Assembly (NCBI RefSeq): GCF_006345805.1
Contig: NC_043008.1
Coordinates: forward strand, 36,332,001-36,396,000
DNA: 64,000 nucleotides
Source: Octopus sinensis
Lineage: Eukaryota
Direction: 5' to 3'
Shown piece by piece: positions 51,321-64,000 of this stretch. Below the pieces are notes generated by a model. The model searched no databases and was not told the DNA's origin. It worked only from the letters and a program-made list of their open reading frames with translations. Each line of letters begins with the position of its first letter. Positions within the stretch are counted from its first letter, which is position 1. Both the position numbers and the translations under genes were made by a program.

Positions 51321-51552
51321 TATTTCTTTACTACCCACAAGGGGCTAAACACAGAGGGGACAAACAAGGACAGACAAACGTATTAAGTCGATTACATCGA
51401 CCCCAGTGCGTAACTGGTACTTAATTTATCGACCCCGAAAGGATGAAAGGCAAAGTCGACCACGGCGGAATTTGAACTCAGAACGTAACGGCAAACGAAA
51501 TACGGCAACGCATTTCGCCCGGCGTGCTAACGTTTCTGCCAGCTCGCCGCCT
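51321..51552 (-). mobile_element. SINE family B (long tail), full length, young, with TSD
   Basis: Complete head and tail. TSD (GCCT)ATGATTAATATA at 51309-51320 and ATGATTGATATA at 51553-51564. Confidence 0.92.
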
Positions 51553-52063
51553 ATGATTGATATAGTGTAGCAAACCACAAAGCAAGCCTCTACCAGAAAT
51601 AACAGTCAATTCTCCCTCGAATTATAACCCTACCTTCTTAGAAAATGAAAACGTATGTTTTGAAATTTTGAAATTTTGAAATTTTGAAATGTGAAGCAAA
51701 TTTTTGTTGAATGTTACCTTAAACTGTCTGCTGCCCCATATCTGCTGTAGATTATTACCTCTAATCTCTGTTTTAGGGCTCGTCCTCCTAAGCTTTGAAC
51801 TCTCACTCCTCTTCATTTGTAGAATGTTACACTCATTTTTTACCAACTGAAACCCTGCATCTTTCTCTTTCACGTATTAACTACCGGGGCCTGTGTTGTT
51901 TAGTTATACAGTCAGCCCTGATCGGATCCGGATCGAAAAATCATCAAAAGTGTTCCAGCCACGACCACCTTGTCTTTTAATACACATACACACCCAATTT
52001 TTATTCACACGTTCACGTACACACACAGACACAGACACAGACACAGACACAGACACACACACA

Positions 52064-52109
<46 letters not shown>

Positions 52110-52789
52110 TATAATATATAACTCCAATGAGTACCTTTTTTGTTTTTAAAGATATTACAGTGTTATGTGACGATATTTGACTGCGAATTTTAACTGGTCA
52201 AGCAACCTCGTTCGCGGTTGCCTTCCTATCTCAATATGATATATGATGTTACTGTTGATGATGATGATGGTGATGATGACGACGACGGCGACTATAACAG
52301 TGATGGTTATTAACTGCAGGGGCAGAAAATGTCTGCCCAGTCATTGAACAAGGTGTGGCCTACTTTTGTTTTTTTTTTATAGAACAACCAATCCTCTAAA
52401 TTGGATTTTTATAATATAGTTTCTAAGAATTGTGTCTTAATTATTATTCATATGTGAAGCTAATAAAATCTAAGTTATTAGTTACTGATTATGATGTAAT
52501 ATAATAAATAATAGCACAAAATTGACTTAATATAATAAACATGTATACAACCGTGTGTTTGTGTTTGTGTGTGTGTCTATACACACATATATATATATAT
52601 ATGCAGTAACAACTCAACGCTCTAGACAGGTTTCTAAGAAAGCAAAGTGAAACGCACCAGCGCGGTACGGGGCCTTTAGAACTTAGAATAAACAGTGACA
52701 GAAACTTGATAGGATTATTTCTACGAGTGGTACCAACACGAATGATGGTAATAGAATAACTCATGGTTACTATCATTGTTAAAAAAAAG

Positions 52790-53440
52790 AGCCCTTTTAC
52801 CCAAATTACTGAAAAATTCTTTTGCCGTTTCTTAACAGTTCTGTTGCAAGAAGTCTTTATCCTATTGGATCTACCTCTTGAGAATCATTTTGGATGCATT
52901 GCTCCAACTACAGAAGCTCTTCAATGCATCTGCTCTTCATATAAGACTCTATTAACTTCTCCAAACCTTTTATATTGATACTTTACATTCTTCTTTCATT
53001 GACCAAATCCGTGACGTCGTTTGTATTAATCATTAGTTGGTGCTGTTTATTCGTAAAATCCCAAAAAGTCATTGCATGCTTCAGGCCATAGTTTCTTCCA
53101 AAACAAAACCTGTTCATGCAGTTCTCAGACACTGTATCCGAGCTCCTTCGATATAATTTACGGCCTTTACGTTATGGTAAATTCTTCGAAAGACCCTGAA
53201 AAATAATTTTCCTTGCTATTTATTTCTCCAGTAAATTGTATAAATAAACAATGCAACGAGACGGTTTGATTGTCGGCAAAACTGCTATGACGTAATGAAT
53301 GTCTAACGGATGTCACGATACGAGGGTGGCCGGCAGCATTATCGATCAGCAACAATACTTTAACTTCAAGGTTATGTTCTTCGCAATATCCTTTTATTTC
53401 TGCACAGAAGAACCACATAAATCACCATGACACTTTTATG
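52790..53440 (-). mobile_element. Tigger/pogo transposase fossil (DDE_1 region)
   Basis: WFFCAEIKGYCEEHNLEVKVLLLIDNAAGHP and WKKLWPEACNDF. Confidence 0.8.
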
Positions 53441-53545
53441 GAGGCGACACTTTTAGGTCAGCTTTATAAAGCTCTGTTGTAAATTCAAGGGCTGGCTTGG
53501 GTGGCGCGCACTCTAGTTACGTACCTGACCATCACTGCAAAATAA

Positions 53546-53761
53546 TCATTTCTACTATAGGTAGAAGGCCTAGAAATTTTGGGGGGAGGGGGCTAGTCGA
53601 TTTCATCGACCCCAGTGCTTGATTGGTACTTATTTTATCGACCTCAAACGGACGAAAGGCAAAGTCGATCTGGGCAGCGTTTGAACCCCAAACGTAAAGA
53701 CGGATGAAATACTGCTAAGCATTTTGTCCATTTTGCTAACGATTCTGCCGGCTCGCCGCCT
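53546..53761 (-). mobile_element. SINE family B (short tail)
   Basis: Head GGCGGCGAGCCGGCAGAATCGTTAGC and core CTTTGCCTTTCGTCCGTTTGAGGTCGATAAAATAAGTACC. Confidence 0.85.
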
Positions 53762-53976
53762 TATGGTCTTGAAACCAAAAGCGTTTTATTTTTTTATTTT
53801 TGCTTGGGGGATGAAAGTGTAAGAAGGCATTCTTTCCGAGAGAAAACTCGTTTCATCCACTTTGAATACAAGTTAGGATGGACAATTACTACGTTCGATG
53901 ATATTCTGAATAATCTTGGAAAATTCCTTAGTTATCTGGCTGCTTGTATTTGCAGCGTCATCACACAGGCATATAT

Positions 53977-54012
<36 letters not shown>

Positions 54013-54241
54013 CTGTTGTGTCTGGGGAGAGTCATTCTCTTTTAGTGCCTTTTTATTTAACACACTCACTGGTAAAATTTCCACTTATTTCTTATTTTTA
54101 TTTTCTAAAATTTTCGTAGTGACTATTGAAAAGGTTGCAAGACGCAACGAAAATAAAAATAAGAAATAAGTGGAAATTTAACCGGTGAGTGTGTTAATTA
54201 AAAAGACACTAAAAGAGAATGACTCTCCCCAGACACAACAG
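54013..54241. repeat. ~93-bp-arm hairpin, probably an inverted Penelope-type terminal repeat
   Basis: CTGTTGTGTCTGGGGAGAGTCATTCTCTTTTAGTG... pairs with ...CACTAAAAGAGAATGACTCTCCCCAGACACAACAG across a loop of about 43 nt. Confidence 0.8.
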
Positions 54242-54520
54242 AATATGCTTCAACACGCGAACTCATAAAGAATCTTGCAAACCAAATCCCAAAACGAAAT
54301 ATATATATATATATATAAATAATAATAAATATTAGGGAATAAATCCAAATTTACAAGGAAAAATCAGATTTAAGATTGAATCCAATTTTATAATAAAATA
54401 TTATATTATAATAAATTAGAGACAAAACCACTATTATGCAAATCAAACAAAGAAAGACTTAAGCCAATACATAAAAAATTTATATAATTAAAATTTAACA
54501 AATATATATAAAGCTTCCCG

Positions 54521-54560
<40 letters not shown>

Positions 54561-55384
54561 GTTTGTAGGTTATGCCACCCTTTATATCTCTCACGTGATT
54601 CTCAACTAGCTGTGAATGGTTTGATGTATTTCCTTATGTATGTGTCTGAAGACGTTTCTTGCTTTCCCATTATAAAAAAAAACTTCACATAAAGGTGTGC
54701 TACTTTGCGTTTTGCCATTTACTCACACAAGAAAGAAATCTTTCGCCCACATCCCAAATAGTTCTCGAACGAGTCACATTCTTTGTTGATAGCGACAAGG
54801 TCGACATCGTATGAGTTTTTCTGTTCGCATTTTTCCTGAATTGTCTCAGTGACCAACTTTAAGCACATACCTGCATACACCGGGTATTTATCAGCTTCCG
54901 ATCATCTGATCACTCTACATCCCAGTGTGATGTTTTCTACTGCACCTTAGACAAACTTTCAGCATTTAACACTACAAGACGGTTTCCACTCACGATGTTG
55001 AAAAATACTTGTGCGAACAATTTAGGTGTATCTATGAACAGTGTATAAATGCTAATCATAGTTTCTAGCAAGCATTTGGTGGTCCTCGATATTCTGTTTT
55101 CTAGGAAAACACTATCACTTCGTACTAGTTTATAATAACAATGTAGTACTATCTCATTGATTATATTGTTTACAATACAAAAAAGTGCTTGAGTGAGTCA
55201 GCAGTAAACGCAGTAAGCGCGTAGCGACGTATTACGTATACATATACTTAAACATACACAAAATAATGTACAATAATATGCATATATATAAACACACACA
55301 CACATACATGTATATGTACTGATGTTTCACAAAACGAGCACAGAACGTGGCCAATATTTCCTCGGCTATATATATATATGTAGT

Positions 55385-55745
55385 TAATCCAAACACGAAC
55401 AAAGAGAAAACACAACAACGCGAGGACGTGGAACAAGTATAGTGTTATTGGACGCTCAGGTAAGGAAAGAAAGAAGGAGGATTTAACTTTTCAAGCGGAG
55501 CTCTTCGTCAGAAATATAGAATAAAGGAAAAGTTCAAGGAAGGGAAAACGGAGAAAGAAACAGTCGCAATGATAGATCGGTAGCCACAACACACATTTTT
55601 TTTTTCTGTCCTTGTTTTTTTCTGTGTTCCGTTCTGTAGAAGAGCGTAGGCTCGAAACGTAAAAGACTTATTCTATTCCTGAGCGTTATACTAATACATC
55701 TGTTTGTTTTGTACACCACCTGTCTTCGTCTTTTGTTTTTTTCGT

Positions 55746-55750
<5 letters not shown>
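55385..55750. mobile_element. two divergently oriented Penelope pLTR-like fragments, each with a degenerate hammerhead core
   Basis: Minus 55482-55514: CTGACGA-A-GAGC/TCC/GCTT-GAAA. Plus 55634-55663: CTGTAGA-A-GAGC/GTAG/GCTC-GAAAC-GTA. Both are followed by CCTGAGCGT. Confidence 0.6.
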
Positions 55751-55816
<66 letters not shown>

Positions 55817-56805
55817 TATATATGCATACACAAATATTTATATATGCATATATTTAGCACATTCGTGTATATTCAAACGTAGGGAGACCTTTTCTTGTGG
55901 AAATGGTTTCAAGAAAAATTTCACCTTTTAGACAACATGTAAAAATGCATTCGGTATTCGTGGCTGATGAATAGAAATGCAGAAACACAAGCGCCGCAAT
56001 GTTCGATTACATGACTCATACCGCTATGCATTTTCACGCCTGTTGTGTAAGAGGAGAATTTGCTCCTGAGAATATTTCCGCAGCGAAAGGTATTCTCACG
56101 TTCTAATGTACATGAACGTGTTAAATACCATTGTACATGCATATATTATATTTAACGCAGCTTCGTGCGACTCTATCCAAGATATATATATACGTATGTA
56201 TATGTGTGCGTATGTACGTGTGTATGTTATGCACGTATGTATATATATGTGTGTGTGTGTAAGATTTATGAAAGTCTGCTTCCAAACTTTAGAACAAATA
56301 TTATGAAAAAAAAAGTAAAAGAAGCACAACAAAAAGAGAAAATGAAGTCAGTTCTTGGTTTTAACTGGCTTTTCTACCAAGATCTATTCAGAATGTGAGG
56401 CCGCAATAACTTGGCGTTTAATGATCTGTAATTGAACTACAGTTGCACAAAAGTATTGCACAACATAGCCAGCATCTAGACTAAGATTCTTTGAAAGAAT
56501 CTACATGCACTTTTCTTTAGCATCTTAGATTAACCAACAATAAGTGATTTCATACAAAGCACTGTAGCCTTTTTGAATGCATTGATTTATCATCGAAAGA
56601 TACTACAAGCACTGAAAAGATTTGACTAAGGTATTGGGTTTCTTGATAGGCTAAAAGAAGATGCAAATAACATAAAATATTCAACCATGAATTCACTACT
56701 TCAGCGTAGTCTCCTCCTTGGTGGCAACGATCAAAACATACATGTACGTATATATTATGATACATGTATATATGTATATGAATGGGATAACATGAGCACG
56801 TGTAT

Positions 56806-56845
<40 letters not shown>

Positions 56846-57646
56846 GTTATGTTTTCCAGTTTCAGCTTTGAGCTGTGGCCATGCTGGGGCACCGCCATAT
56901 ATATAATATTATATATAATATATATATATATATATATATTTATTGAAGTAGATAAATGAATTATCTTATTAGGATAATTCAAATGATAACCGATACCTGG
57001 GTAGCAAAAATCACTACAGAAAGAGCACAAATGAAATAAAAATAAGGAATTTTGTTAAATCTTCGTTCAGCTCCATTTTTTCCTATATATATAATATTAT
57101 ATATTATATATATATATATATATATCTATATATAATTGTATTGTATGTATGTATGTATGTATGTATATGTAGATGTATGTATGTATGTATGTATGTATGG
57201 TATGTATGTGTACGTATATGCACAGGCATGTCTGTGCAGCTAAGAAATTCATTTCGCAACCATGTGGTTTCGAGTTCAGTCATACTGCGCGGCGTCTGAC
57301 CACGTGCCTTCTGCAAAAGCACCGGCCGGCTAACGCGTCGGGAATTTTGTCGGCGGAAGCAGTGTGCAAGCTGATTCAATATATATATATATATGTACAT
57401 GTTATAATGACTATTATATATATATGTATATATATATATATATATATGCGTGTTAGGTTTGTGTATATACATACACACGCACAGGTGTGCATGTATAGTA
57501 CCAATGTGTCACTCTGTAACTTCTGCCAGTCATTGAAAACTAATACGCGCTCGCGTTTGTGTGTGTATGTTTGTGTGTGTGTGTGTGTGTATGTGTGTGT
57601 GTATCCTCATGTTTTGAGTTCTATTTTACTGTTTGTATCACCAAAC

Positions 57647-57732
<86 letters not shown>

Positions 57733-57745
57733 GTCTATCTATCTA

Positions 57746-57792
<47 letters not shown>

Positions 57793-57798
57793 GTGTGT

Positions 57799-57852
<54 letters not shown>
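57647..57852. repeat. compound (TATC)n-(TGTC)n-(TG)n microsatellite
   Basis: Directly visible. Confidence 0.95.
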
Positions 57853-57855
<3 letters not shown>

Positions 57856-58361
57856 ATGCAAAACAAAAATAAAAAGATTAATGAAAAAAAAACCCAAAAA
57901 CATCATAGGATAAAGTATCATGGGGTAATAAATACCTTTACAACTTTCGGTCCTGGTCTTTATACTACAGATATGTTTCAAAGTTTTCTGCGTTGATCTC
58001 TCAATAACAATGAAAGCGAAGAAGGTTCAACCACACTACGATAGTCACACTTCAAGTTTTTGTGTTCTCTACCTATTTTTCTTCTTTTTTTTTTTTCCTT
58101 TTTACGCTCTCACTCCGCCCGGTATGTTACTGTTATACTTTACAAGGCAAGTTCTATTTTGCTGAATGAAATTTTCTCTTAAGTGTTGTCACTTATAACA
58201 CAAGGATCTAAATAAATATATATAAAAAAAAAATAAAATAAATACTTAAATAAATAATGAAGATAAAAATACTCGGTCACATGTCACACATATAGGTTGG
58301 GCTAGTTGAATAATCACACGATAATAATAATAATAATGATAATAACTTTAACAGTAATAAA

Positions 58362-58399
<38 letters not shown>

Positions 58400-58416
58400 T
58401 GATGATGATGATGATG

Positions 58417-58462
<46 letters not shown>

Positions 58463-58499
58463 TAATAATAATAATAATGATGATGATGATGATGATGAC

Positions 58500-58555
<56 letters not shown>

Positions 58556-58882
58556 TGATGATGATGATATTGATCTTAACCGCAACCAACAATGATATGA
58601 GTAACAATAGCAACAACAATGACGACGAAAACAACAACAAATCTCTTGGTTTTTATCAATGAGGGAGTCCGTTTATGGCCAGCCAGACAGCTTACTCTCA
58701 AATGTGTTTTAGGAAATACCTTGCACACGTGTATTTCGTTGTGAACTTATGACTCGCGTACATTGGATCGCCGAGGACAAACTAATTCTCTTATCAAATA
58801 AATTTTTTTTCTCGAATATTTGGGAACTAGTTGCTGCTGCTGCAGTTGTTTATGTTGTTGTTGTTGTTGTTATTATTATTAT

Positions 58883-58999
58883 TGAGTGAGAGATGAGTGC
58901 ATGCCATCAAAGTGACACTGGGGTAACATATACGAAGCCCAATATACCCATCATGATTACCCGTCTGATTAGCGTACACCAGGCACATGCATCACAACC
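58883..58999 (-). mobile_element. family F retroposon, 5'-truncated
   Basis: Shares the 3' end with the 6337 and 44753 copies and is embedded in (TTA)/(TTG) repeats. Confidence 0.85.
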
Positions 59000-59020
59000 T
59001 CATTGCTGTTGTTGTTGTTG

Positions 59021-59078
<58 letters not shown>

Positions 59079-59409
59079 GGCGGCAAGCTGGCATAATCGT
59101 TAGCACGCCGGTCAAAAATGCTTAGCGGTATTTCGTCCGTCGCTACGTTCTGAGTTCGAATTCCGCCTATGTCAACTTTGCTTTTTATCCTTTCGAGGTC
59201 GATAAAATAAGTACCAGTTGAACACAGAGGTCAATGTAATCAACTTAATACCCATCTCCCCCAAGCTTCCCTGTGGTAAAAATTTGAAATAATAGCAATA
59301 ATAATAATAATCATTATTATTTTGACCCTTGATTTGTATTATACTTTTTTTTTTTTGAGTTTGGCCCTTTTTGCCAATAAGGAAAAAAATATCATTATTT
59401 GCTGTTCTC

Positions 59410-60140
59410 GGGTGAATTTATGAAAAGGTGGGTGAAAGTTGCGAAAACGGCAAGAGTGGATGGTACCACTTTCTGTATAGACCTGTGAGTCGGAGGAAAG
59501 GAGTTGCAAAGGGTATTCGTCCGTGCTAGTCAAGGCGCAGGAGTGGCTGTGTGGTAAGTAGCTTGCTAACCAACCACATGGTTCCGGGTTCAGTCCCAAT
59601 GCGTGGCATCTTGGGCAAGTGTCTTCTGCTATAGCCCTGGGCCGATCAATGCCTTGTGAGTGGATTTGGTAGATGGAAACTGAAAGAAGCCTGTAGTATA
59701 TATGTATATATATATGTGCGTGTGTGTGTGTGTGTGTTTGTGTTTGTCCCCCTAGCATTGCTTGACAACCGATGCTGGTGTGTTTACGTCCCCGTCACTT
59801 AGCGGTTCGGCAAAAGAGACCGATATAATAAGTACTGGGCTTACATAGAATAAGTCCCGGGGTTGATTTGCTCGACTAAAGGCGGTGCTCCAGCATGGCC
59901 GCAGTCAAATGACTGAAACAAGTAAAAGAGTAAAAAGAGTGATCTTGGATTGTGGGGTTTCTTGATCATCCCTACAGGTCCTCCTGTATTAGGAGGACCC
60001 CGTCACATTAAAAAAAAATTCTTATTACTGTATATTATGTATACTTCACTTCTTTTAATGTAAACCCCACCCTTTATGTCTGTCTTTCTATTGTCCCTCT
60101 CATCCTTCGCCCTGGTGGCAAATAAAAGAAATCCTTATTA
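59410..60140 (+). mobile_element. Tx1 3' fragment interrupted by a family A SINE
   Basis: GGGTGAAAGTTGCGAAAACGGCAAGAGTGGATGGTACC matches the reverse complement of about 5560-5610. Ends GGTGGCAAATAAAAGAAA. Confidence 0.7.
59534..59940 (+). mobile_element. SINE family A, full length
   Basis: A and B boxes, CTTGGGCAAGT, internal (TA)(TG), (AAGAGTAA) tail. Confidence 0.92.
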
Positions 60141-60362
60141 TTAATATTAAGGTGGCGTGCTGGCAGAATCGTTAGCATGCTGGACGAAATGCTTACCAGT
60201 ATTTCACCCGTCGCTACGTTCTGAGTTCAAATTCCGCCGAGGTAGACTTTGTCTTTCATCCTTTCGGGGTCGAGTAAATATGTATCAGTTGAGTACTGCG
60301 GCCGCTGTAATCGACTTAATCCCTTCCTCTAAATTTGAGGCCTTGTGCATCCAATAGAAAGG

Positions 60363-60407
<45 letters not shown>

Positions 60408-60599
60408 GGGTGGGAAGGGACCAGCTGATTAGATCGACCCCAGAACAAAGCTGATACTTAATTTATCGATCCCGAAAGGACGAAAGGCAAAGTCGATCTC
60501 GGCAGAATTTGAACTCAGAAAATATGCACACTATTTACAGATGCTTTTATTTTTTGTTTTCCGTGAACTTTCCACGGGTCCAACTAGTTATTATTATTA

Positions 60600-60649
<50 letters not shown>

Positions 60650-61650
60650 AGGTGGCGAGCTGGCAGAAACGTTAGTAGCACGTCGGATAAAATGGTTAGC
60701 AGTGTTTTGTCCGTCTTCATGTTCTGGGTTCAAATTAACTGAGATCGACTTTGCCATTCATCCATTCGGGATTGATAAAAATAGGTGCCACTTGAGTACT
60801 AGGGACGATGTAATCGACTTAACCCTACCCCGAAATTGTTGACCTTGTGCCAAAATTTGAAACCATTATTATTATTATTATTATCATTGCCTTTGCACAG
60901 CTTCTAACGCTGGAGATGTACTACGGTGTCAGCTGTTCACTACCAGTGAACAAAGGTAACACCTCTAATTTTTCGAGGACCTTCCGGAGTTGTTATTAAG
61001 GCGGGAAGCTAAAAGAATCGTTAACACATCCGACAAAGTGCTTAGTGGCATTTCGTCCAATCTTTATGTCCTGAATTTAACTTCCGCCTTTCATCCTCTC
61101 GGAGTCGATACCAGTTGAACGCTGAAGTCAATATTATCGTCTAGCCTCCACCCCAAAGTTTCCAGTTCTTTTCAGAAAGGGATATTATTCTTATTTTGCC
61201 AAGGACTGTATTGGTTTTATTATTTTCTTTTTACTAAAATACGCTGTACTTACATATTCTGTTATATTTTGTCATTCTACTTATTATTGTGCTTCTTTCT
61301 TTTTTATCTATTATAATCCATCACCTTTTATTACTATCATATCTGAGTCAAGCGGATCTTGTTTATTTTTAGAGATGACGAAATATTCCTTATTTCCCTT
61401 ACATAAATTTCATATTGCTGACAAGTTTTTTTCACTTCTTACTTTTTCTTTCATTTTGTTCCCATCGGAAAATAGCTTTTTTGAAAATCAGAATTGTAGG
61501 TATATGTTTTTGCTGTGTGTATGTACGTACGTACGTACGTATGTATGTATGTATGTATGTATGTATGTATGTATGTATGTATGTATGTATGTATGTATGT
61601 ATGTATGTATGCATGTATTTACGCACGCACGTGTGTATGCAAGTATAAAA

Positions 61651-61710
<60 letters not shown>

Positions 61711-61950
61711 ATGTTTGTATATATGCTTGTATGTATGCATGCTTGCATGCATGTCTGTGTATATATTTATGTATGCGTATGCATGTACGTGTATGTCAGA
61801 CCACACTTAGTGCTATTACTCACATGTAACCCAGTACAACCTGTCACATGGTCGAGCCGTTGGCGACTAAACTGTGGTCATTTGGTAAGCAGGTTGAGTG
61901 TCATCGGACACTGCAAAGGGCATAAAACGGAACATGTTAAAGAGGGGATA

Positions 61951-62381
61951 GGATCTTTTCGGTTTGAACGGCAGTTTTTAACATAATTTCTAGGTAACAA
62001 AAACATTTAAACTTCGTATACTGGTAGAATGTGTTTATAAAACATCTTTTTCTCTTGGCTTTATTGAGAAAATTCTATAGTTTGTAAGATATTTGTTGAT
62101 TTTTTTCTTCAATTTCTGCAATTTCAACCAATCACTGACGTCCATTGATGTAAACAACATTCTGTGCCGTATGAATATGTCCCTCGTTTAAGAAACAGAT
62201 TGAATTTATTTACATTTGTGAAGAAAAAAGATACCCTTCCCCCACCCCTAACCCTAACCCTAACTAACCCTAACCCTAAAATAGATTGAAATGCAATAGA
62301 TCGATACTAGGGTCATAATTATGGGTGACAATTTCATATGACACCGCTAGAAAAAAACTGCCGTTCAAACCGAAAAGATCC
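61951..62381 (-). mobile_element. TTAGGG-carrying MITE, copy 3
   Basis: Same TIRs. CCCTAA array at 62246-62278. Flanks GGGGATA / GGGGATT. Confidence 0.85.
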
Positions 62382-63019
62382 GGGGATTGTATTTATCAAA
62401 ATGAATGACCAAACAATAGTTGGGAGTAAGAGACACCTGTTCGTTGTTTAGATATTTCGCATGGAGAAAGAAAACTCTGATGTAACACCTGAAACGGCGT
62501 TTGTGTCTAATGTTGTATGCGAGTTCTTCTTTTTGGGAAAACTGCATACATTGTTTAGAGACTGGAAATGACTCTGTGCAAAGCGCTTCCTCATTTTAAA
62601 AAGCCTTAGTCACAGGTTTATCTTGATTTTTTTTTTACAACTTTGTTATGTGTGTTGCATACTAAGGCCTGACGTAGTCGAGAAATTCTGAATGAAAAAT
62701 TCCATGATGGAATGAATGTATGTGTCAGCGTGGCTGATAAACTCTTTGAACCTCTCCCCGAAGAGGTATGAATCATAGTTACATCAATGCGAAAGTGTAT
62801 AGATTGCAAGCAGGACTGAAAATTGGGTTGCAGACGTCACGTTTGCATGTATGTATGTATGTATGTATGTATGTATGTATGTATGTATGTATGTATGTAT
62901 GTATGCATGCATGCATGTATGTATGTATGTATGTATGTATGTATGTATGTGCAGATTTGTATGCTTTATGTATGTACTCTCATGCATATAGTTGCATATC
63001 TAGACATGCTCATATATAT

Positions 63020-63210
63020 TTAAATGATACAGTTCCAGTGATGGATTGGAGCTCTAGTCTTCGAAATTAGCTTTAAGAAGCCTAATTTTTCAAGATCGGT
63101 ATTTAGGCAGTGTGTTACATATCCCAGGGCTCCAATAATTACAGGTCTAAACCTGAACTTGTAATCTGGATAGAGTAACTGCAGACTTCTCCATACTTGC
63201 ATTCATGTCG
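63020..63210 (-). mobile_element. RLE-type non-LTR retrotransposon C-terminal fragment
   Basis: LQLLYPDYKFRFRPVIIGALGYV...L...LEKLGF. Confidence 0.6.
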
Positions 63211-63542
63211 TGAATGTGAAGTGACTTGAGTACACAGGAGCTTGGGGCCTAATTAGCCTTTGCGTACTTGCTGTCTTTGTGGGTGTGTGTGTTCTACGTA
63301 CACATGTGGGGCTATGCACGTATTCAACCCGGATATCTTAAATATAGTATATCTGGAAAATTTTACAAAATTTTACTCTGCTCCCGATAGTTTGTATTTA
63401 GTTTACTTTCTTAGAAAACGCCAGTATTTCTAGTGTTATATAACGCTGTGCAGCTATGACAAAAGGCACAAATAAAAATCTATAGCCTCTATATAAAAGT
63501 AGTTAGTTTCTCATTAATGGTGTTTGTCTATCTTTTTGCATG

Positions 63543-63683
63543 AGCAAGAGTGGCTGTGTGTGTGGTAAGAGGTTTGCTTCCCAACCGCATGACTTCGAGT
63601 TCAGTTCTACTGCGTGGCACCTTGGACAAATGTCTTCTATTATAGCCTTGCGCCGACCAAAGCTTTGTGAGTGGATTTGGCAG
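63543..63683 (+). mobile_element. SINE family A head, 3'-truncated
   Basis: GAGTGGCTGTGTG..GGTAAG, GAGTTCAGTTC, GTGGCACCTTGGACAAATG. Confidence 0.8.
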
Positions 63684-63717
63684 AACAAATAATTATTAAA
63701 ATTTAAAATTATTAAAC

Positions 63718-64000
63718 ACTAGCAGTATCGCCCGGCGTTGCTCGGGTTTGTAAGGGAAATAACTATAAAGCATTTTTAGAGAGTTATACCCCCACAATAG
63801 CAAAAAAATGCATTAAAATGGAAAAAAAATGATGGTAATTTTTTTTTAAAATCGTTGACTCATCGTAGACATTTTTAGAGAGTTACTTCCCTTATATAAT
63901 AGCGAAAAAATGCATTAAAATGGAAAAAAATGATGGTAAATGTTTTTTTTAATCGTAGACTCATCGTAGACGTGCACTAATACCCAGAAGGGCTCGATAT
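63718..64000 (+). mobile_element. putative non-autonomous Helitron/Helentron-type element, 5' part (runs off the window)
   Basis: Starts ACTAGCAGTATCGCCCGGCGTTGCTCGGG, with subterminal hairpin CCCG..CGGG. Internal ~100-bp direct repeat at 63771-63870 and 63870-63972. Confidence 0.55.

Larger units (their letters stand above)
59078..61185 (+). mobile_element. cluster of SINE family B copies (plus: 59078, 60150, 60651, 60997; minus: 60408-60521) around (TTA)n
   Basis: Each plus copy begins TTA(T)TAAGG(C/T)GG after a TTA run. Confidence 0.8.

Noticed and set aside
54560-55100. Possible DNA-transposon coding remnant
   Set aside because: No catalytic motif could be recognised in any frame, so it is left unassigned.

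Overview
Eukaryotic, very repeat-rich and AT-rich DNA. The SINE families and the (TA)n/(TATG)n/(TAA)n load are typical of an Octopus genome (inferred from recall of the repeat families, no database search). Nearly all ORFs in the supplied track are translations of microsatellites. One convincing cellular gene segment is present: a minus-strand exon at 23222-23576 encoding a complete 117-aa secreted prepropeptide with a signal peptide, basic cleavage sites and a six-Cys C-X3-C-X2-C-X8-C-X3-C-X9-C module resembling eclosion hormone and the opioid-precursor Cys domain. A CpG-rich putative promoter/first-exon region lies at about 1-1500. The rest is a layered transposon graveyard: R4/Dong-type RLE LINE fragments stacked in (TAA)n, Tx1/L1 fragments, CR1 and L2/Crack fragments, Penelope fragments with hammerhead-ribozyme motifs, hAT and Tigger transposase fossils, three copies of a TTAGGG-carrying MITE, a Helitron/Helentron-like end, and at least five SINE-like families. 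Structural oddities include two large fold-back palindromes, a 1.5-kb tandem duplication with a hybrid middle repeat, and a SINE tail shared with the Tx1 LINE. No CRISPR array, rRNA gene or bona fide tRNA gene was found.
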